Assembly: GCF_018350175.1 (NCBI RefSeq)
Contig: NC_058368.1
Span: forward strand, 56,608,001 to 56,672,000
Length of the DNA stretch: 64,000 nucleotides
Direction of reading: 5' to 3'
From: Felis catus
Lineage: Eukaryota
Part shown: piece after piece, positions 38,347 through 50,240 of the stretch
Position numbering within the stretch: position 1 is the stretch's first letter
Layout of the letters: every line of letters begins with the position of its first letter
Made by a program: the position numbers and the translations under genes
The notes under the pieces: model-generated
The model's input: the letters and a program-made list of their open reading frames with translations, nothing else
What the model was told of the DNA's origin: nothing
Databases searched by the model: none

Positions 38347-39785
38347 AGTGTGTTAAAATGAGCTAGCGCTGTTTCAGTATGACCCTTATGCTCCTTAAAC
38401 ATTGATATATCGTTTCCCGAAGTTAATGTAAAGACCGTTAAATCAATGTATAAATTAATCATATATTAATTCCATAATAAATTAATATACAACTAATTAA
38501 GTTACTATGTTGTAAATATTGTCATTCTATGGTAATCAGAATTAATGTTGTACATATCACATTAATGCATTATTTGATTAATCCCATTTAGATAGGTTTC
38601 TGTACAGTCTTTGAAAGTAGTAAAAATCGTTTTTTTTACATAGAAAGAGATATTTAACTAACGGAAGCAACAGAAAAGTGAGCTAAATGTAAAAGATGGG
38701 ACATGATTTTAGAAAAGAAAAGACTCACCTTAATCACTATAGTGCTAATTATACTCCATGATTTAATTAGCATAGCAAAAGTAGGATAAAATATATTTTA
38801 TAATTACTGTCTTGGAAATGAAAAATTGCACATTGTCCAATTTTGTCTTAGGGGACACACAAACTGGTTTAAGCTCGGTTGAAACTATTTTATAACAAAA
38901 TTACTGTTTTAGACAGCCTTTTTGTCTCTCATTGAAATTAAAAAAGCAATAAGATCTATTTAAATTTCAGAATGTCTCTATATGTTGATTATCTGTACTA
39001 TATATCTTTAGTAAGACTGTGTAAGAAATGCCATGATACAGCTGTCATTTCTAACAATGTTTTGTTTATACACATTTTATTGCTGTTATTGCCTGTGGTG
39101 GAAAGGGCCAAACTTATTAAATTGTAATTCACTTCCAGAATGATCTATCAAAAAGTCACAACTATAACATATGTGATGAATGAAAGTTTGTTTTTGTAAA
39201 AATAGTATTTGATAATGACTCTAATTGGATTAAAGTCTGACGCAAGTGCAGTTAGAAATGGATAACCTTAGAAATGCATTATAACTTAAAGAGATTGAAC
39301 TCTTTCTATAAATAGCAAAGGACAAGTGGGGATGGGAATATCTAAAACTCTCATTTTCCTAAGTAGACCGATTAGTGTTTCATAAAATATTTGTGGAAAA
39401 CGGGATTAGGTCTTTCTATCAACAACTTTGAGAAAGAACGTAATTTCAAGTCACTGAATATGATACCAAGGCCAGAAGAGGCATTACAATGATGAAAATT
39501 AAATAATTATATAAAAATAAATGTCATTTTAGAGACATTTAGGAAAAAGAAGGCCATGAGTTCTATTATTAATAGGACCTTTAATCCATATATCTTTGTT
39601 CCTTCAGCAATTGAAAAAGTGAAATGCTTCACTCTGTCTTTACCTTCTCAAGAAACTGCCTAGGAAACTTTCCCCATGTTTTAGTGCTTTGAAATTAAAT
39701 ATATATGTACTTAGCTATTGAATCATGTAATGTAAATTTTAAGCATTATCACTTCTATTAACTTTGAATACTTAAGCATTCAATT

Positions 39786-40108
39786 ACAACAGTGTGAGGG
39801 TTAGGATTGTTGACCCCCATGTAGTTGAAAATCCAAGTGTGAATTTTTGACTACCCCCAAATTTAACTACTAATAAGCTACTGTTGACTGGAAGCGTTAC
39901 TGCTAACATAAACAGTCCATTAACACATATTTTGTGAGTTATGTGTATTATATACTATTTTCTTGCAACAAACAAAGTAACCTAGAGAAAAGAAAATGTT
40001 GCTGAGAAAATTATGAGAGAAAATACATTTGCAGTACTGTGCTGTAAAAATTCCAGGTATAAGTGGATTCCCACACAGTTGAAACTGGTGCTGTTCAAGG
40101 ATCAACTG
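39786..40108. mobile_element. Tigger2a-like Tc1/mariner MITE
   Basis: TTAACTACTAATA..CTACTGTTGACTGGAAG..AACATAAACAGTC; ends TGTTCAAGGATCAACTG followed by TA. Confidence 0.88.
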
Positions 40109-42551
40109 TATATAATAAGTATCTTTTTTTTTCTGAAAGCAGAACTCAATCTTAAGGTTAAATTCACTCTTTAATGTCTGCATGGATTTAGTGTGAAGAT
40201 GTCTCCCAAAAGCTGCCTAGAAGAGAAAAATCACAGGAATAATGAATACGTTATTCTGAAAAGCATCTAGATGATCTAGAATGGAGCTTAACTTTCTTCA
40301 CTATTGGAATATAATCAATATGTTAGAATACATGGATATGACAGAATCACACAGTAGGGTATTTACCAGGCTATATTTCCATAAGATCTAACAACACTGA
40401 AAGAAAGGCTCTGATCAATGACTACTATGAAAATTAAAATGATCTGGACCAGCATTTTTAATTGCCACACTTTTTAAATGTGACTATAAGTTTCAAAAGA
40501 CTGGAACTCCTTTTTTAATGAATATAACCACTAACATTTTGTTACAGAGAGGGTGTTTTGAATGAATTAGCAATTTGCAGCATCGGGAATCTTTGCCAAA
40601 TAATCAACTCAAGAATAAAACTTTAATAAAGATGGCATTAAAAGACTGATTGACATTTTCCAATGGTATTAAGTTTTGTTTTGTTTTTAATAAAGGGAAG
40701 ATAAATGATAAGTTTCAAGTAGAAATACCAGCGTAACAAAGAAATAAGTCAAATTAAATATTTATTCTAAATATCTGATTCTATTATCAAAATTCCCAAG
40801 GGCTTATCTAGCAGTTTTGCTGTTCTGAAAACTTTAAGTAATATTCTGAAGCATTGGAACTTCAATAGATATGTTAACTATGACCTGGCCCATCAGGTAG
40901 GGATGTTATTCTTACTCCATTTACCCATTTGTTTCAAACAAGGTCAGTGGGCATACCATGACTTTGATTATAGTTCAAGTAGAGTTCCATGAATAGAAAG
41001 AACGTGTTACAAAACATTGGTTTAATATTAATTACTCTTCCAGTTGAAAAATAATAAAAATCAAAATTCAAAATAAATTAAGCAAAGTAAAAATATTGGC
41101 TAACATAAATAAGAAAACCAAAACCAGACAGTTTCCATCTCTTGCCTCTGAAATTTTCTTTGCCATGCCTGCATTTTCTCTTATCACAAACCCATTTTCT
41201 CCACATGGCAATTTAGATGCTCTTTTACAGTCACTGATTCCCATATGCACCGTTTTGTTACTCCAGGGGTAAGACACTTCCATTGATTACAAATGCAATA
41301 ATCCAGGGAGAAGAATACTTTTGAATCAATTTCTCTGACCAGGATATTAACGTAATATGTTCATTTGTATGTGAATTACATAAATCAATCTGGAACAAAG
41401 AATAGGGATATTATGATTGCCAGTCCCACCCCAAACTAGCATAAAGGGAAATGTTCTGGAAAAAGAAAACAATGAGTTGCTATATGAGATAGGTATTATA
41501 AGAGAAGATCAGTCATTACTTTCTACTATACTTGATAATAGAGAAACAAATAAACTTTTATAGATTTAAAAATTATAGCAGCACTTTTAGGAACAGGAGC
41601 TATTCTTTATACATTCATTCATCTGTTTCAGTCTAAACCAATGTGAGATGAAAGGTCCTATTTTTTTTAACATTATAGTGCTAGAGCTATATAATAGAAT
41701 TTTTACATATTTTGTGATGTTGATATATGTGATTTACTTTAAACAAATAATAAAACTGAAAAAAATGACAGCTATTAGCAATAACCAGAGTAAACTATAA
41801 TACCTCACTAGAGATTTAAAAGAAGATCTGAATATGTAAACAAGCTGAAGTTTAAATCATTATTATTTTCATTTCTTAAATATACAAATTAAGTATTTAT
41901 AAATATGTAATTTTCTGCATCAATATGAAATACCCAAAGGAGTATTTTTTGAAAGTAGGATAATGACTAACTGATATGTCAAAAAAAATTCTAACGAATA
42001 TTAGAAATTACTCTGAGAAATAGGGCAAAAATGTTATTTCTAGTACATCTACAAAAAACATTCTTACTACTAACTCTCATGAAAAAATATGTAGATAATT
42101 AAACAAAATAGATTTTAGAAATAAAGATAGCCACTACTAAGTTGAATAGGAAAAATCAAAACAAAAATCCTTCCTTATTTCCTATTATTGTAGATCAAAG
42201 GGCCTTGCTTCTAGCAAAAGCTACTCTCTCCTCTTGTAAACTAGATCTCATACTCCCTTTTCTGAAGAATTGCTCCAGCAGTACTCCATATGTGTCCTGA
42301 AGCATCAATTTTTTTCAATTAAGACATAGACCAAGTGTTCACAGTTGCCCATTTCACAGGTTCGCAGTTACCCACCACTTTGTTTTGACCAAACTTTAGG
42401 TTGTCTCTTTCCTACAGGAAAGAGACAGGCTTCTGAACTCTTCTCCAAACCTGAGAAAGTAAAAAAAAAAAAAAAAAAGGAATATGTCCCCTCATAAGGT
42501 TCTCCCCTAAGAATCAGCTGACCACAGGGAAACCCTTTTCCTGTCAGATAG

Positions 42552-43151
42552 TGTTACCGAACTTTTTACCTCAATACCGCGGGTTCGTTGTCTCATTGCT
42601 TTGAAGAATGAAGAGATGGACACGGAATAAAATGAGCAGCAGGCAAAAGTTTATTAGAGTATAAGATCAGAAAATAAGAATAGTACGAAAACTATCTTTA
42701 CAGAGAGGGGAGGCATTCAAAAGTGAATGCCTGCAACTATAGGCAAGGGACTTTGTTTTATAGGGTTTTTGTTGGCCCCTTTCCTTCACCCTTGTTCCTT
42801 CTCAGCTTCTACCCTTATTGGCTAGGTAACTCTAAATGCCTAGTCATTACTTTTTGATTGGTTCGTTAACATCATATGAGGAGTGGTCTATGGCCGTACT
42901 ATTCCTTGTGGGTCATATGTTTTATGGTCTACTTATTTTTAGTCAGGTCTTCTGTCAAATTCATGAGGGAAACCTGAGGGAGGATAGGTAGTGTCTGTCA
43001 CATTCTCAAGAGGAACTTGATGCCTGAGGGAGTTTGTTAGAGGTTAGATGTTCCCAAAAGAAATGTTTTCAAAAAGTGTTTTTCCCCACCCAGGGACTTT
43101 CAAGCCTTAATCTCTCCCTTTTTACCTACTGAATCCTATCTTTCCCTATCA
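42552..43151 (-). mobile_element. Solo retroviral LTR (600 bp), probably a carnivore ERV
   Basis: Minus strand TGATAGGG...GGTAACA; CCAAT at 42861 and 42821, TATAAAA at 42762, AATAAA at 42655 in correct order; no clean TSD seen. Confidence 0.8.
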
Positions 43152-43319
43152 TATGAGCACTGGTCCCCGTGCTGGTCCAGCTTCCCCTCAAAGATTCTCC
43201 TTATCTCAGTTTACTACCTCCTTTACCTCATAAACAAAAATTCTCTGAGATGGTTGCAGATTTCTGAAATTAGGGTGCTCTCCCTATTATTATAGTAGCT
43301 TTTTCCCCTGACAGTTATG

Positions 43320-43429
43320 TTTTCTTTATATTTATATATATATGTGTGTGTGTGTGTGTTTATATATATGTATATATATATACACACACACATATATATA
43401 TATTTCTTTATATACATATGTTTTCTTTA

Positions 43430-43483
<54 letters not shown>

Positions 43484-43505
43484 CACACACATACACATAC
43501 ATACA
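43320..43505. repeat. Compound (TA)/(TG)/(CA) microsatellite at the L1 tail position
   Basis: Direct reading. Confidence 0.93.
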
Positions 43506-44136
43506 TAATTTGTTGTCAAATTAGCTAACATGCAGTGTATACAGTGTGCTCTTGGTTTTGGAGATAGATTCCCATGATTCATTGCTTACATACAACACCC
43601 AGCGCTCATCCCAACAAGTGCCCTCCTCAATGCCCATCACCCACTTACCCCCATCCCCTGTTTACCCCATCAACCCTCAGTTTGGTCTCTGTATTTAAGA
43701 GTCTCTTATGGTTTGCCTCCCCCAGTTGGAAGCTATTTTTTTCCCCTTTCCTTCCCCCATGGTCTTCTGTTAAGTTCCTCAAGCTCCATGTATGAGTGAA
43801 AACATGGTATCTGTATTTCTCTGACTGACTTATTTTACTTAGCAGAATACCCTCCAGTTCCATCCATGTTGTTGCAAATGGCAGGATTTTATTCTTTCTC
43901 ATTGCCAAGTAGTATTCCATTGTACATATAAACCACATCTTCTTTATCAATTCATCAGTTGATCTTTATCAGTTCATCCATAATTTGGCTGTTGTTGAAA
44001 GAGCTGCTATAAACATTGGGGCACATGTGCCCCTATGAATCAGCACTCCTGTATCCTTTGGATAAATTCCTAGTAGCGTTATTGCTGGGTCTTAGGGTAG
44101 TTATGTATTTAATGTTTTGAGGAACCTCCACACTGT
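43506..44136 (-). mobile_element. 5'-truncated felid/carnivore LINE-1 3' end
   Basis: ORF 43645-43950 encodes KKMWFICTMEYYLAMRKNKILPFATTWMELEGILLS (L1 ORF2 C-terminus); 3' UTR CATACAACACCCAGCGCTCATCCCAAC. Confidence 0.95.
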
Positions 44137-44227
44137 AGTTTTTCAATCTAATTAAAATGTTTTCCTAGCTAGATTCCACATTTGTTTTTATTTGACAACG
44201 TATGCTATTATTCAACCCATTTTTAAA

Positions 44228-44677
44228 ATTTTTTTAATGTTTATTTTTGAGAGAGAGACAGAGACAGAGTGTGAGTGGGGGTAGAGTAGAGAGAGAGGGA
44301 GACAGGGGCGCCTGGGTGGCGCAGTCGGTTGAGCGTCCGACTTCAGCCAGGTCACGATCTCGCGGTCCGTGAGTTCGAGCCCCGTGTCAGGCTCTGGGCT
44401 GATGGCTCAGAGCCTGGAGCCTGTTTCCGATTCTGTGTCTCCCTCTCTCTCTGCCCCTCCCCCGTTCATGCTCTGTCTCTCTCTGTCCCAAAAATAAATA
44501 AACGTTGAAAAAAAAATTTAAAAAAAAGAGAGAGAGGGAGACATAGAATCTGAAGCAGGCTCCAGGCTCTGAGCTGTCAACACAGAGCCCGACATGGGAC
44601 TTAAACTTATGAGCCCCAGAAGATCAGGACCTGAGCCAAGGTCTGATGCTTAACTGACTGAGCCACTCAGACGTTCC
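44228..44677 (-). mobile_element. Host CanSINE split by a younger SINE
   Basis: TSD TTCAACCCATTTTTAAA at 44211-44227 and 44678-44694. Confidence 0.94.
44305..44526 (+). mobile_element. Young felid CanSINE (SINEC_Fc1-type), nested antisense
   Basis: Perfect 17-bp TSD AGAGAGAGAGGGAGACA at 44288-44304 and 44527-44543. Confidence 0.97.
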
Positions 44678-45129
44678 TTCAACCCATTTTTAAAGAATTC
44701 TGTCTTGACACTAAAATCAGTCTAGCTCCTGCACCAGCTCTCTTTTCAAAATAAAACTCTTTATAATGACATGTTTCTTTTTCCATTTAAAATGAAATTC
44801 CTTTATTTTCAATATCTCCAGTATCACTCTTTCCACACTGTCTACCCTTTCACAAATATCAACTGTTCCAACATCCACATATGAACACAAACTAGGTATT
44901 TTTTCAAAATCCTGTGTCACATACAATATGTATTCCTTAACCACTTAATATGTACAACACTGAGTCTTTTCTTTATTTAATTTCTGTATATATTTTTATA
45001 TGTCATTGATGAAGGTTTTTAGTCCTGTTTCTGTTTGTTTTTTGTTTTTGCTTTTTTTTTTTTTTGTCCTATGTTCTTAACATCTTTTTTCGTCTTTTTT
45101 TGTATGGAATGGTGTTTTTTATAGATACA

Positions 45130-45785
45130 GATTTTAACCTGAAAATAAACAGCTATAATAATGCTAACTTGGGACTAAAGAATTGCAATTCAGGGAGCAC
45201 AGATTCTAGTAGAAACCCAAGTAGTATTCTGCTTGTAGGAGGAAAGCAGAGGGTTTTCTGAGGTAAAAGGCTACAATTACATGATTTGAAGAGAAGGGAA
45301 AATTTTTTCTATGGTTGTTAACAAGATAAGCCAACCTGGATCATACATTGACTGACTACTGATTCTGTCTTTAGAAAGTCCACAACCATCAATTTCATGA
45401 TCAAGATGTCCATTCCCCCTCTGACTTCTCAACCAGTTGTTTAAAATAATTGCCATACAGGGGTGCCTGGGTGGCTCAGTCGGTTAGGCGTCCGACTTCA
45501 GCTCAGGTCAGGATCTCGCGGTCCGTGAGTTCGGGCCCTGAGTCGGGCTCTGGGCTGATGGCTCAGAGCCTGGAGACTGCTTCCGATTCTGTGTCTCCCT
45601 CTCTCTCAGTCCCTCCCCCATTCATGCTCTCTCTCTGTCTCAAAAATAAATAAACGTTAAAAAAATTAAAAAAAAATAATTTCCATATTGCCCATTCTGA
45701 AAGTTTTGGCCCACTTCAAGCAGAGACTAGTTAAGGGAGTAGCTCTGCATTTTTAAAATGGCTTCAGTCAAGTCAGTTTTTCACA
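45130..45785 (-). mobile_element. Possible old ERV1-type LTR interrupted by a SINE
   Basis: GAATTGCAATTCAGGGAGCACAG and AAAATGGCTTC motifs loosely resemble MER4-group LTRs. Confidence 0.35.
45460..45672 (+). mobile_element. Felid CanSINE with mixed Fc1/Fc2 diagnostics
   Basis: Full element; TSD AAAATAATT(G/T)CCATA at 45443-45457 and 45673-45687. Confidence 0.96.
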
Positions 45786-45815
45786 AATGTATATATCTTT
45801 TCACAGTGGGACTGG

Positions 45816-45818
<3 letters not shown>

Positions 45819-45857
<39 letters not shown>
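45819..45857. repeat. (CA)n microsatellite
   Basis: Direct reading. Confidence 0.95.
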
Positions 45858-45860
<3 letters not shown>

Positions 45861-48719
45861 ATTTCATTATATAGATATATGAATCTTTTCAATTCTGGAA
45901 AAATTAATTATCAATTTATTTCAAGAAGAGTCCTATTATGTTTTTGTTTTCTCTTTTTAGAGAAATATATCCAGGGAGTTAAAGTTAAACAACTATCTCT
46001 CTGAAAAATAAAAATTAGTGATAATCAAATGCAAACAAAATTGAAAAAAGAATTTGAACATTGTAGTAAGTACCATTGAAAATTTTATAATCTTTGTAAA
46101 GTAATTTGTCAAAATACTCTAAGAAATGTAAATAGTTTATTTAAAGTTGAATAGAATTCCTTCTGGGAATTTAACCTATGATATTATAATGCATATGACT
46201 TATTTAACACATTCATTATGCATCAAATGTGATTTGATATTTTAAATATAATACCTACCATCCAGGAAAGGTCTTCAATTTTGAGCTTAAGTGATACTTT
46301 TAAGCAGGGAAATGTTTCCAAGGTCATACAGGTAGTCAAGAACTAAGAACTTAAGCTTAGATTTGTTTAATTTCATTGCTTATTCTTTTCCTCCCTTTGT
46401 GACTACACCATGTTTTATTTAAAGGTTTGATTCAATAACTCAAATGGTATATTTTATTACAATGTTTTCTGTAATATTAAAAATCAGAAAAGCTGAACAT
46501 CAAATATTACAGAAATAACTTGATAAAATTTTAAATATTAAAATGGCTTCTAAGATTATACAGTGCACACAGTATAGAAATCTTAAAATTGTTTATGCTA
46601 CAGTAAAGATAAAGATGGAAATATTATTAGCTTTACCCTACAGACTCTACTGAAGCATAAAATCATTAAACAAATTGCAAATGTAAAAAGCTACAAATAG
46701 TTGGTACTATAGAAGATTTTAAAACCAGTATTGTGAGGGAAGGGATTCATTTTTCAAGACCAATAACCTGGAAGTTGGCCTTTGCAAAGCTCCATGGAAA
46801 CCAGCCAGAGCCGACTTCTTAAAGCAAGGAAACCTGATAAAGGTTTGAGGTAGAGAATAAACTCACCCACTCACCGTGTCATAAGAGATATCATCACAAA
46901 TGTAGACTTTCCCATTCCCCATCACATTCTAAGGAGTCATAGAAATCTAGCAGGGGTGGCTGTCGTATTCCTGGAGAGGGACTCTGAATTTTGGACCAAG
47001 TGACTTTTAAGATGCTAGTGATTATATTATAATGCTTGTTTTACATGGGCATGTGTGTGTGTATGTTAATATATATTAATATATAATATAGTTAATATTT
47101 GTAGTATTTTTACCTTAAATAAAAATTCTTCTCAAAAGGGTTAATGTTTGAATAACTGTAATAGAGAGATGATAAACTGAGGTTAGTCGTAATTGCCTTG
47201 GAAATATAACTGAAATTCTCCTTCACTATGGACACATGCAAATGAACAAAGTAAGATTTGGATTATATATCAGAGTTTAAATTATGCTTTAGTCTGAACT
47301 TTTAAAGTGAAATTATTTTGAAACAGAATTATTTTAGAACTGATTTCTTATTAATTCATATATTACAGTTCATATGTTAAAATTTTAAAATTAGTTTAAA
47401 TTTCATAGACTACACATGGTAAGCCCTGCTAGTATTTAAATTTAATACCAAAATAATTCTTGTCAAATATGCAGCCTGGTAGAAAGCAATGCAGATGGCT
47501 TTATATGAAAATCTGTGTCATTAGAGAAATGTTCCAGATTGACAGTAAAATGTGTTGATAGAGTCATAACCAGAGTCAACTAACTTTACTGAAAAACCAG
47601 GAAAATGATGGTAGTTAGGCTGAGGACTGAGAAGAACTTTCATTATTTATTAACTTTTTTTGGCATAGGGTGTTAATGAGTGACAGCTTTTTGCATATAC
47701 GAATGTGCAAGAACACACATAAGCATGTATGTTTTATCACCATAGAAAGAAGAAACATTTATGACTCCTTTACAGTTATGAATGATTTATTTAACTTGTC
47801 CTTGCTTCTAAGACATGAGCATTTCCCCTAATCCTAAAATGGTATTGATATCCCAGAGATTGAAGTTTATCATGTTCAAAAGTGTAATAATAACTCTGGG
47901 TATTTTGGGGGATTAAGTTGTATGACAACTATAGTTCTGGAGTTATGCAAGCCCCAACCATAAATTAACCTCAGGGCTAGATTGTGGCATCAGTTTTCTC
48001 CTAATAAGTTTGATGTTTGTTGCTATTTTGAGTAAGGATATTTGGAATTGAAACTCAATGTGTCCTTTTCTAATTTTATGTAAACATGATGAGAGTTTTG
48101 TCTGGACAAAGGTAGAAGCATCAACAACAACAATACAACAGCAACAATAGCAAAAACTGGATGAAATCTATGAAATAAATATTTTCACACATTGGGAAAA
48201 TGTCGTTTATATTCTGAAATCAATGAGAGGAATAATCAAACAAGGTGAATTTTACAAACACCCTGTCTTTCTTACTGGAAGCCTTCTCCAAATCGCAGCG
48301 CACAGGTGGGGAAATGTGCAAAACAGGGAAGATTTCTGACTAGATACAGATGTCAGAATGCAAGGATGCTACGGTGTCCAGAACCAGCAGGCAGAATACT
48401 GGACAGAAGGGAACTACTCCGAGAAATGGCTTGAAAGATCTTTGTAGAGAATCACTTGAGTCGTTGTCTGAATACTGACTGTACAGGTATAAGGCAAGAT
48501 TCTTGGAGGGTACCAGAAACAGCTACTGAGCAAAGATAACAATTAAGGAGCTATCATCTGAAGAATCAATTCCCAGATGACACCCAGAACAGGAACAATC
48601 AAGTTCTGATCAGCCAGGGTGGAGAGGTTTTGATGATAACTGAAATTTTCAGTAGAAACCTGAGAAAGCTCATATAAATAATGGTACAAATCGGTCTTAA
48701 TGTTAAATCTAATCTGTCT

Positions 48720-48810
48720 AGTCTTTGGAGTTTTCCAATATAAGATTCAATCATCTGCAAACAGATAGTTTTTCTTTTTCCTTTCCTGTTTGGATGCCTT
48801 TTATTTCTTT
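48720..48810 (-). mobile_element. Inverted 5' segment of a LINE-1 (RT region)
   Basis: Minus strand encodes KEIKGIQTGKEKEKLSVCR-like/FADD remnant (TTTGCAGATGAT) and ENSKD. Confidence 0.88.
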
Positions 48811-50240
48811 ATTAGAAATAATAAGTACAATGAGGTTAAATGATACAAAATCAACATATAAAAATTAATTCTGTGGGTGCCTGCGTGGCTCAGTCAGTTA
48901 AGTCTCTGACTTGATCTTGGCTCAGGTCATGATTTGTGAGATTAGCCTCACAATTGAGCTCTGCAATGACAGCGTGGAGCCTGCTTGAGATTCTCTCAAA
49001 AAAAAAAAACATAAACTTAAAAAGATCAATTGTGTTTGTACATAATAACAGTAGAAATTAAGAGACAATCCCATTTACAATAGCATCAGAAAGAATAAAA
49101 TGTTTAGGAGTAAATTTAACAAAGGAGGTTGAAAGACTTGTATGATGAAAACTACAAAATGCTGATGAAAGAAATTAAAGAAAACCCAATTACATGGAAG
49201 CTTATTACATGTTCTTGAATTGAAAGACTCAGTATTGTTAAAATGCCTGTACTACATAAAGCTTTCTACAAATTCAGTGTAATCTCTGTCAAATTCACAA
49301 TGACATTTTTTACAGAACAAATAAAAAAAACCCTAAGTCCATATGGAATTACAAAGGACCCTGGATAGCCAAAACAATCTTGAGAAAAAGGACTTAGATA
49401 GAAGCATCATATAACCTCATTTCAAAATACATTTTAAGACTATAGGAATCAAAACAGTATGGTATTGTCATAAACACAGATATATAGACCAATAGAACAC
49501 AATAGAGAGCCCCAAATAAATGCATGCATGTACAGCTAACTGATCTTTGACAAGGATGCCAAGAATACACAATAGAGAAAGGATAGTCTTCAACAAATGG
49601 TGTTAGGAAAACTGGATATCCACCTGAAAAATAATGAAATTGGATGCTTATCATACATCATACACAAAAGTCAATTCAGAATGGATTAAAGGCTCAAACG
49701 TAAAAACTGAAACTGGATATCCTAGAAAAAAAACACAGGGATAAGCTTTATGACACTGGTCATAGCACTGGCTTTTGTGTGTATCACCAAAAGCACAGGC
49801 AAGAACAACAAAAGTTAGAAAAGTGGGACTACATCAAAATAAAATATTTCTGCTGCAGAGAAAAGGAAATAATCAACATAATGAAATGTAACTGACATAA
49901 TAGGAGAGAATATTTGCAAACTATGTATCCAAAATATTGGTTTTAATATCCAAAATATAAGGACTCCTGTATGCAATAATAAAAAAAAAGAAATAATTCA
50001 ATTAAAATGGGTAAAAGACTTGAATAGACAATTCTCCCAAGAAGACATACAAATGGCCCAAAGGTATGTAAAATGATGCTCAACATAACTAATCATTAGG
50101 GGAATACAAATCAAAATCACAATGAGACATCATTTTACACCTGTTAGGATAGCTAATTATATTATTATTTGTTAAGTGTTAGCAAGAATGTGGAGAAAAT
50201 GAAACCCTTATATACTATTGGTGGAAATGTAAAATGTTAT
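48811..50240 (+). mobile_element. LINE-1 ORF2 fragment (decayed, lacks 3' end)
   Basis: GATACAAAATCAAC, ATCCCATTTACAATAGCATC, GATCTTTGACAAGGATGCCAAG, GAAGACATACAAATGGCC. Confidence 0.93.
48875..49023 (+). mobile_element. CanSINE inside L1
   Basis: GGGTGCCTGCGTGGCTCAG head, GCCTGCTTGAGATTCTCTC, A tail. Confidence 0.9.

Larger units (their letters stand above)
42330..44197 (+). mobile_element. Outer ERV1 (MER4-group, MER31/MER34-like) LTR split by a second LTR and an L1; left edge approximate
   Basis: TTGACCAAACTTTAG near start; GAGATGGTTGCAGAT..CTCTCCCTATT; ends ATTTGTTTTTATTTGACA at 44197. Confidence 0.6.

Noticed and set aside
43645..43950. ORF with real protein similarity
   Set aside because: It is the L1 ORF2 C-terminal remnant, not a host gene.
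45961..46065. 105-nt segment with a good acceptor and a GTA|GTAAGT donor
   Set aside because: Stops in all three frames and very A-rich; such splice-like pairs are common by chance in AT-rich DNA.
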